Assembly (NCBI GenBank): GCA_038150265.1
Contig: JAYOTF010000005.1
Coordinates: forward strand, 59,595-123,594
Length of the DNA: 64,000 nucleotides
Source: Deltaproteobacteria bacterium
Lineage (GTDB): Bacteria > SAR324 > NAC60-12
Direction of reading: 5' to 3'
The notes under the pieces were generated by a model, which was not told the DNA's origin, searched no databases, and saw nothing but the letters and a program-made list of their open reading frames with translations. Positions 57,432 through 64,000 of the stretch are shown piece by piece (positions within the stretch are counted from its first letter, which is position 1; each line of letters starts with the position of its first letter). The position numbers and the translations under genes were made by a program.

Positions 57432-58736
57432 TCAGGCCGCTTGCGAGGTGGCCAGGGGGGCTTCCGGAGAAGCCTTCAGGAACTCCAGGACCATGGCTGC
57501 TGTCCACGTGAAGCGCGTCCCGCCGCACGGGGCGCCGTCGAGGGGGTCGTAGTACTCCGCAAAGCCACTGTTCCGGATGAGGGCAAGGCTGTCTTGCACC
57601 ACCTGCTGCGCCTCTGCAGTGAAGCCATGCCGCGCCAGGCCATCCCAGACCATGTAGTTCATGATCAGCCAGACCGGCCCCCGCCAGTAACGTCGGGCAT
57701 CAAAGCGCGCGTCAGCCGGATCGTGGCTGGGGACCCCGAACTGCACCTGCTTCCGGAGGTGAGCCACCCGTGCCGCCATGGCCTGCTGCTGCTCCGGACT
57801 CCCGACGCCGGCAAAGAGCGGCAGCACGCCTGCAATCGAGAAGGACTCAATGAGCTGGTTCCGGCAGCGGTCGTAAGGCTGGTACTGCCCCTGCTCGGCG
57901 TTCCAGAGCGAGGCAAAGGCCTGCTGCGTCCGATCCATGCGAGCGTGGAGGGTCGCGGCCAGTTCGGCTTGCCCCAGGCGCTCTGCCAGCCAGGCAAGGT
58001 CCATCTCGGAGCGCAGCAGAATGGCATTGAAGCCCGGATCAACCACCCGGAAGGGTGAGGCCTCATGGAGGCGCGTGTTGTCCCAGCCCAGGTTCCGGAA
58101 GTGCTGCACGAGCCAGAGGAAGCGATCGTACTCCTGTTGGGTGGGACGTTCGGCGGCATTGACGTGCTGGGTGTCTCGTCGGACGTAAGGCTGAATGCCC
58201 TCGGTCGGCACCTGCCGGAAGGCGTCGTCCCAGTCCACCGAGTTGTCGCGTCCGGCCTCCCACGGGTGCAGGAGGGCGACGAGTCCGGTGTGTTGCGGGT
58301 CGCGGCAGGAGAAGAACCACTGGTGCCACCTGGCGGCTTTGGGGAGCAACGCCCGGACCTGCTGTTCGGCCAACTCGCGGTTCTGAGCCTGTTCAAACAG
58401 GCGGCGCAGCACGAATCCCAGCACCGGCGGCTGCGTGATGCCAGAGGTGGGGGTGGGGCGTTGGGTGTCCCAGACCTGAGGGCCCGGGAAGTAGCCGTCG
58501 TCTTCCTGGTGAAAGATGATGTGCGGCACCATGCCGTCGGGCCACTGGTGTTCCAGCAGCGTGGCAATCTCGAGCCAGGCCCGGGCCTCATCCAGGTGAC
58601 GCTGTCCGAGCGCCGTCAGGCAGGAGTCCCAGTTCCACTGAAAGGGGTAGAGGCCCTTGGTGGGCACGGTGTAGGTTCCGCGGTCGTTCTCCTGCAGGAT
58701 TTCACAGGCGGCGGTGTAGAGAGCAGATGGGGGCAT
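57432..58736 (-). CDS. GH63-like mannosylglycerate/glucosylglycerate hydrolase family protein
   Basis: LYPFQWNWDS, GMVPHI, TQPP, HPWEAGRDNS, YWRGPVW, FAEYY, FTWTAA. Confidence 0.85.
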   Translation of the reverse strand: MPPSALYTAACEILQENDRGTYTVPTKGLYPFQWNWDSCLTALGQRHLDEARAWLEIATLLEHQWPDGMVPHIIFHQEDDGYFPGPQVWDTQRPTPTSGITQPPVLGFVLRRLFEQAQNRELAEQQVRALLPKAARWHQWFFSCRDPQHTGLVALLHPWEAGRDNSVDWDDAFRQVPTEGIQPYVRRDTQHVNAAERPTQQEYDRFLWLVQHFRNLGWDNTRLHEASPFRVVDPGFNAILLRSEMDLAWLAERLGQAELAATLHARMDRTQQAFASLWNAEQGQYQPYDRCRNQLIESFSIAGVLPLFAGVGSPEQQQAMAARVAHLRKQVQFGVPSHDPADARFDARRYWRGPVWLIMNYMVWDGLARHGFTAEAQQVVQDSLALIRNSGFAEYYDPLDGAPCGGTRFTWTAAMVLEFLKASPEAPLATSQAA

Positions 58737-58742
58737 TCGTTG

Positions 58743-59975
58743 TCATCCCTTGACGCTTCCGGCGGTGAGTCCGGAAACGAGGTACTTTTCAAACCAGAAA
58801 AACAGCACCATCACCGGAACGGTCACCATGACGGCGCCGGCCATGAGGTACTGACGGGGAACCTCGGAACTGTTGAGCGACACCATGCCCCGTGGGAGCG
58901 TGAAGATGCTGGGGTCGTCCAGGAACATGAAGGCGAAGAGGAACTCGTTCCAGGCAATCATGAAAACATACAGGCCCACCGAGGCAATGGCGGGCAGGCT
59001 CAGGGGCAGGGTGATGCGCCAGATGACGCCGAGGCGGCTGCAGCCGTCCATCAGTCCCGCTTCCTCCAGCTCGGCAGGCAGGTTGGTGAAGTAGCCCTTG
59101 AGCATGTACAGCGCCACCGGAAGCGTGGAGGCCGGGTAGACGATCAGCAGCCCCACCAGGCTGTCACGGAGTCCGAGCTGGCTGAAGACGCTGTACAGCG
59201 GAATCACCAGGACAATGGCGGGAAACATGTAGATCAGCAAGATGGATCGTGCCATCCAGGCCCGTCCGGGAAAGCGCAGCCGCGCCACGGCATAGGCCCC
59301 GAGGATGGAGAGCGTGAGGGTGATCACCACGGTGGTCAGCGACACAAAGGTGCTGATCCAGACAAACTGCCTGAACTTGAACGTGGTCCAGACTTCGGAA
59401 TACGCCCGGAAGAGCTCCCCCCATCCGGCTTCCAGGCTCAGGCTGAGGTCGATCGGGTTGGCCAGCAGGCTCATCTGCGACTTCAGGCTGGTCACAACCA
59501 TGAAGTAGAAGGGAAAGGCGACAATCGTGGTGAAGAAGAGCAGCCCCACTGCCCGGAGGGTGCGGATGAGCAGGGTTTCCAGCAGGTTCCGGTCCAGCAC
59601 CTGAAGCGGAAGCCCCCGGAGCCCAAGCCGGGCCATCAGCGCAGCGGTTCCCGGAACCAGCAGGGTGCCGAGTCCGAGCCACAGCGGTTGCTGCTCCGGA
59701 GAGAAGGCCCAGGGCACAAAACCCGTCAGGATCAGGAACAGCCCGGCGCCGGCGAGCCAGGCGGGCAGAAGCCCCTGAGGCCACGGAACCGAGACGCCTC
59801 GGAAGACGCTCAGGGCTCCGGCAAAGCCTCCGGCCAAGGCGGCGGCGGTGAGGGGCAGCGGCACCGAGTCCATGCCACTGAAGAGCGCGGCAAGCCCCCA
59901 GATCAGGGCCGCAATGCTGGCAGCAAAGCCTCCCATGAGGCCACCGAGGGCCGGGACCCAGCGGGCTTCACGCAT
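58743..59975 (-). CDS. Carbohydrate ABC permease (MalG-like) with N-terminal membrane extension
   Basis: ELEEAGLMDG, AWNEFLFA, GLTAGSVKG. Confidence 0.9.
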   Translation of the reverse strand: MREARWVPALGGLMGGFAASIAALIWGLAALFSGMDSVPLPLTAAALAGGFAGALSVFRGVSVPWPQGLLPAWLAGAGLFLILTGFVPWAFSPEQQPLWLGLGTLLVPGTAALMARLGLRGLPLQVLDRNLLETLLIRTLRAVGLLFFTTIVAFPFYFMVVTSLKSQMSLLANPIDLSLSLEAGWGELFRAYSEVWTTFKFRQFVWISTFVSLTTVVITLTLSILGAYAVARLRFPGRAWMARSILLIYMFPAIVLVIPLYSVFSQLGLRDSLVGLLIVYPASTLPVALYMLKGYFTNLPAELEEAGLMDGCSRLGVIWRITLPLSLPAIASVGLYVFMIAWNEFLFAFMFLDDPSIFTLPRGMVSLNSSEVPRQYLMAGAVMVTVPVMVLFFWFEKYLVSGLTAGSVKG

Positions 59976-61236
59976 GGTCGTCTCCCTGAGGCGCATAACG
60001 GAAGTAGACGAGCAGAAAGAGCGCGAGCACGGCAAAGATGACCACCGAGACAGCGGATCCTGCCCCGAGGTTCGCCAGGGCAAAGCCCTGCTCATAGACA
60101 TTCACGGTCAGGGTCCGGGTGCCCGCATTTCCGCCGGTGAGCAGGAAGATGTCGTCAAACTTGTTGAAGGTCCAGATGAACCGCAGCAGGAACATCACCG
60201 AGAGGATGCCCACCAGTTGCGGGAGCGTGATGTAGTAAAACTGCTGAAGGGGCGATGCGCCATCCACTCGGGCGGCCTCGTACATCTCCTGAGGAATGGC
60301 CTGAAAGCGTGCGAGAATGAAGAGAAAGGCCAGGGGAAAGTAGCGCCAGGATTCAAAGACAATGACGGTCGTCAGCGCCACCGGAAAGTCCAGGGACAGG
60401 CCCAGGAGGTCCACCTGGGCCACACGCTGGCCAAAGAGGTTCAGGGGCTCCGAGAGCAGACCGAGCTTCAGGCCCAGGGCATTCAGGGTTCCGGAGAAGG
60501 GGTTGAGCAGGAACACCCAGGCGAAGGAAACGGCAATCACCGGAGACACATACGGAAAGAGGAACAGGCCCCGCAGGAAGCCCCGGCCCCTGAAGTTCTG
60601 GTGCATCAGCTGGGCGGCAAACAGCCCAAGGAAGAGGGATCCGAGGGTTCCGAAGAGGGTGTAGAGAAAGGTCACCCGGAGGACTGGCCAGAAGTCCGGG
60701 TCGTTGAAAATCCGGCGGTAGTTGTCCAGGGTGAAGGTGAAGCTGGTGAGGATGTTTTCCGCGTCTCCCTGGAGCTGAACCGGCGTCTCCGTCGGCTCGA
60801 TCCCCGCATCCAGGTAGGAGGCATCGGCCACAAAGCGGAGCGTCAGGCGTTCCCGGAAACCCGGCTCCCAGTCTCCGAGATCGCAGGTCAGGTTCGGGCC
60901 CTCGACCGAGCAGCGGGCGTCCAGGTTCTGAGGCGTCAGGCCGGCCGGAAGCTGATCGTGAAGGCGGACTCCGGCAATGGCCTTGGTGGGGTTGGAGCCC
61001 CGGAGGTTGTAGCGCAGCACCAGCTCCTCTCCGGGCTGCTGCGGACGCTTGCGGATCTGCTCCCGGGCGACAGGCTCCGGAGGCCGGAGGTCGCCCAACT
61101 CCACGGGCTTGAAGCTGATCCAGAAGTTGGCCAGCACCGGCACCACCACAATGGAGAGCACGATCAGCAGCGTGGGCAGCAGCAACGCCAGGGCCAGTCG
61201 GGCTTCCCGGCGTGCCAGGGGAGAGAGGTGTCGCAT
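59968..61236 (-). CDS. Carbohydrate ABC permease (MalF-like) with inserted Ig/DUF11-like domain
   Basis: MYEAARVDGA, WTFNKFDD; soluble insert after the first TM helix. Confidence 0.88.
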   Translation of the reverse strand: MRHLSPLARREARLALALLLPTLLIVLSIVVVPVLANFWISFKPVELGDLRPPEPVAREQIRKRPQQPGEELVLRYNLRGSNPTKAIAGVRLHDQLPAGLTPQNLDARCSVEGPNLTCDLGDWEPGFRERLTLRFVADASYLDAGIEPTETPVQLQGDAENILTSFTFTLDNYRRIFNDPDFWPVLRVTFLYTLFGTLGSLFLGLFAAQLMHQNFRGRGFLRGLFLFPYVSPVIAVSFAWVFLLNPFSGTLNALGLKLGLLSEPLNLFGQRVAQVDLLGLSLDFPVALTTVIVFESWRYFPLAFLFILARFQAIPQEMYEAARVDGASPLQQFYYITLPQLVGILSVMFLLRFIWTFNKFDDIFLLTGGNAGTRTLTVNVYEQGFALANLGAGSAVSVVIFAVLALFLLVYFRYAPQGDDHA

Positions 61237-61278
61237 GAAACCGTTGAGGGAGGGCGGGCCCTCCCTGCTTGTGAAGGG

Positions 61279-62619
61279 TTAGAGGCGCTCGAGGTCCTGA
61301 CGGATCAGGGCCACGGTGGCCTGAGCGTCGCGCTCGCCATCAATGAACTCCCGGACCCGCCGGTTGATCACCTGGCTGTTGATGACCTTGGAGGCGGCGG
61401 AGAGCTGCCCTTCCTTGACGCCCCAGCGAGACGCGGTCTCCAGTCCAGCGACAATGCTGTTGATGACGGTCGTTGGGTAGAGGTCCTGCAGCGGCGCCTT
61501 GCGGTCCACGCCCACGGGCAGCTCGGCCCACCCCCGGACAAACTTGTTGGGATCTTCCGGGGTGCCTCGGCGGACCGGGAACTTCCCTTCCGGAGCAATG
61601 GCGAGGGTGTTCATGTAGCCCTCATCCATGCAGTACTTGACGAAGGCCATGGCCTTTTCGGTGTCGGCATCCGAGGTGATGCCGAAGTAGCGCATGTCGG
61701 CCCAGGCGGCTCCTTCCGGATTGCTGGGGCCAGCAAAGGTGGTGACCACGCCGGTCTTCTGAGCGAGCTCACGGGTGGTGGGGTCGCTGTTGATGGTCGG
61801 TGGTGCCGAGTCCCGGAGGCCGGCCAGCTCGTCGAGAATGAAGGGGGACCAGATGATCATGGCCGCTTTGCCGGCGAAGTAGAGCTCGCGGGACTGCTGC
61901 CAGTAGAGGTCACCCGCGGGGCTGGCATCGGCAAGCACCTTGTAGAACTCAAGGGCCTCGACCATCTTCTGGTCGTCAATGCGGATGTTGCCATTCGCAT
62001 CCACCGGATGGATGCCGTTGGCGAGCAGAACGTGTTCCAGCACCTGGCTCATGAAGTTCTCATCCACCTTGGTCGCTGCCACAAAGCCGTACATGTTCGG
62101 CGGCTCATGCAGCTTCTGGATGGCGGCTTCAATGGCGGCATACGTGGTCGGGGGCTGCAGGCCGTTGCGCTCAAAGAGGTCCTGGCGGTAGACGATCATC
62201 TGGGTCCAGCCATCGACCGGCACCGCGGCATAGCCACCTCCGAAAGACGCCATGCCCAGCGCGCCTGGCGCAAAGGTCTGCTTCTTGAGGTCGTAGACGA
62301 CATCGGTTGCCGCTTCTCCGTCCAGAATGCCCGCTTCTGCCCAGGGCAGGACGTACTGCAGCGTGTGGTAGATCACATCCGGAAGGTCTCCAGCGGCAAA
62401 GGCGGCAGTGGTTCGGGTGCCCAGGTCCTTCTCCGTGATCGGAATCACCTCGACCTCAATGCCGGTTTTGCTCTTGAAGCTCTCGGCCATGGCCTCCTGA
62501 CGGGCGAGGCGTTCGGGTTGCTCTTCCGTGGTCCAGAAACGAATGTCTGCCGCCTGAGCAGACACGGCAGACAGAGCCGCAAGGGCTCCGGCGAGCATCC
62601 AGTGCTGTAGTGATTTCAT
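61279..62619 (-). CDS. Carbohydrate ABC substrate-binding protein
   Basis: Signal peptide, AAGDLPDV, YRQDLF, GKAAM. Confidence 0.9.
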   Translation of the reverse strand: MKSLQHWMLAGALAALSAVSAQAADIRFWTTEEQPERLARQEAMAESFKSKTGIEVEVIPITEKDLGTRTTAAFAAGDLPDVIYHTLQYVLPWAEAGILDGEAATDVVYDLKKQTFAPGALGMASFGGGYAAVPVDGWTQMIVYRQDLFERNGLQPPTTYAAIEAAIQKLHEPPNMYGFVAATKVDENFMSQVLEHVLLANGIHPVDANGNIRIDDQKMVEALEFYKVLADASPAGDLYWQQSRELYFAGKAAMIIWSPFILDELAGLRDSAPPTINSDPTTRELAQKTGVVTTFAGPSNPEGAAWADMRYFGITSDADTEKAMAFVKYCMDEGYMNTLAIAPEGKFPVRRGTPEDPNKFVRGWAELPVGVDRKAPLQDLYPTTVINSIVAGLETASRWGVKEGQLSAASKVINSQVINRRVREFIDGERDAQATVALIRQDLERL

Positions 62620-62678
62620 TGTTCTCTCCCTTTTGGAGTGAGTAGGGCTTCTTGATCAGAAGCGGGGCAAAACAAGCC

Positions 62679-63704
62679 TCAAGGAGCGCAACCGCTGGAA
62701 GCGCGCTGAAGCAGTTCGGCTTGCTGAAGAGACTGATGCTCTCGAGGGTTGGCGCCCCGGATCAGACTCAGCAAGGCCTGAGCAACCACCCGTCCCGACT
62801 CGTCAATCGAGCGCGTCATGGTGGTGAGTGGAGGATCAAAGAGGTCCCCAAGGGCCACACCGTCATAGCCGATGACGGAGACCTCCTGAGGCACCCGCAA
62901 GCCATGGTGCCGGGCCGCCTTGATGACCCCGAAGGCGGTGGCATCATTCACACAGACCACTGCGGTGGGACGTTCCGGCCCCTGGAACAGCTGCTGGCCC
63001 TGAGTGAAGCCACAGTGTCCGCTGAGGTCTCCTTCGCGCACCCAGTCTTCCGGAACCGGCAGACCGGCGGCATTCATGGCCTGGCGGAAGCCGATTTCCC
63101 GGAGTGCCGACGAATAGAGCAGGTCGCCGCCGGTGATCATGGCAATGCGTCGGTGTCCCAGGGCGATCAGGTGTTCGGTCGCCACCCGGAAGGCGGCTTC
63201 TCCATCGATGTCGAACCAGGCATGCTCCGCGGCCCGGGCGGTTCGTCCGTGGGCCACAAACGGGATGTGCTGCTCCAGCAACCAGTCCACGCGTGCGTCT
63301 TGCTCGCGGGTCCGGATGACCACAAATCCATCCACCTTCCGGGCTTCGACGAGGCGCTGGTACCCTGCCAACGGGTTGGGGTCGGAGAGGCTGCTGTGGA
63401 TGAGCAGGTCAAATCCCTGGGGCGAAAGCGCATCAGCGAGCGCGGCGGTGAATTCGGTCAAAAAAATTCCAGACACCTCTCCCGCATCCGGAGGCAGGAC
63501 CAGACCAATGGTTTCAGTCTGCCGCAGGGCCAGGCGCCGGGCGGAAGTCGACGGACGGTAGCCCAGCTGCTCCGCTGCCGCCGCAACTCGGGCCTTGGTT
63601 CGCTCGGAAATGTCCTCGTATCCGTTCAGGGCTCGGGACACCGTTGCTTTCGACAGCCCCAGGTGCAGGGCCAAATCGTTGATGCTGACGCTCTCTTTCC
63701 TCAT
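62679..63704 (-). CDS. LacI family transcriptional regulator
   Basis: SINDLALHLGLSKATVSRALNG, LGYRP, VSVIGYD, PPLTT. Confidence 0.95.
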   Translation of the reverse strand: MRKESVSINDLALHLGLSKATVSRALNGYEDISERTKARVAAAAEQLGYRPSTSARRLALRQTETIGLVLPPDAGEVSGIFLTEFTAALADALSPQGFDLLIHSSLSDPNPLAGYQRLVEARKVDGFVVIRTREQDARVDWLLEQHIPFVAHGRTARAAEHAWFDIDGEAAFRVATEHLIALGHRRIAMITGGDLLYSSALREIGFRQAMNAAGLPVPEDWVREGDLSGHCGFTQGQQLFQGPERPTAVVCVNDATAFGVIKAARHHGLRVPQEVSVIGYDGVALGDLFDPPLTTMTRSIDESGRVVAQALLSLIRGANPREHQSLQQAELLQRASSGCAP

Positions 63705-63738
63705 GCCTCCTTCCCTCATGATGCGAAGTCACCCTGAA

Positions 63739-63783
63739 CGAAACCGGTTTCGCTGTCAACACAAAAAACGAAACCGGTTTCGT
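63739..63783 (-). promoter_or_regulatory. Two LacI-type operators flanking a TTGACA -35 box
   Basis: CGAAACCGGTTTCG at 63739-63752 and ACGAAACCGGTTTCGT at 63768-63783; minus-strand TTGACA at 63754-63759. Confidence 0.85.
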
Positions 63784-64000
63784 AAGCCCAGAATTTTGGA
63801 GAAGCTCCAGGAGAGCGGAGAGTGGGGGGCGAGGTTGAGGGAGAGGGCTGGTTGAGGAGGAGGGGATTAGAAAAAATGGCGGTGCCCTTTTTTGTCCTTT
63901 TTTGTCCCTGCCCTCCTCAAAAATCCAGCCAGCCCTGATGAGTTCAGGGATTGTGCTTTTTGCATTTTGTCCCACCTCTCTGGGGGCGAATCAGAGAACA

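Noticed and set aside
58065..62610. 658-aa and 920-aa plus-strand ORFs
   Set aside because: Antisense shadows of the sugar ABC operon.
1..64000. CRISPR arrays, IS elements, tRNA/rRNA, riboswitches
   Set aside because: None recognisable by eye; a covariance-model scan, especially of 5431-5699 and 26689-27156, would be needed to exclude small RNAs.

Overview
GC-rich (roughly 60-63% by eye) bacterial chromosomal window of about 65 tightly packed genes. I found no rRNA, tRNA, CRISPR array, transposase or phage genes. Gene content and scattered operons suggest a marine deltaproteobacterium-like organism such as SAR324 (inference, low confidence). Main blocks: (1) a PQQ alcohol dehydrogenase with the lanthanide-binding D-x-D motif (PedH/ExaF type), with cytochrome c550, an XoxJ/PedG-like protein, an ABC transporter and an AraC regulator; (2) a phosphorus uptake island (PhnDCEE-like + DUF47 converging on PiT + AfuABC-like); (3) PFOR with a DHODH-like partner; (4) uraH, a sigma-28 flagellin, a lon-R3H-mini-RNase III run, hemL, fliN, tatA and pal-tolQ-tolR; (5) ffh-rpsP-rimM-trmD-rplS-rnhB-yraN-rpsT; (6) PedB/PedC-like ABC genes placed ahead of a two-subunit FDH1-type formate dehydrogenase; (7) a LacI-controlled sugar ABC/GH63 hydrolase operon. 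The strongest signal not explained by gene content is window-wide over-representation of the palindrome TCCGGA in all three reading frames, resembling cyanobacterial HIP1. All product calls come from motif recognition; no database searches were run.
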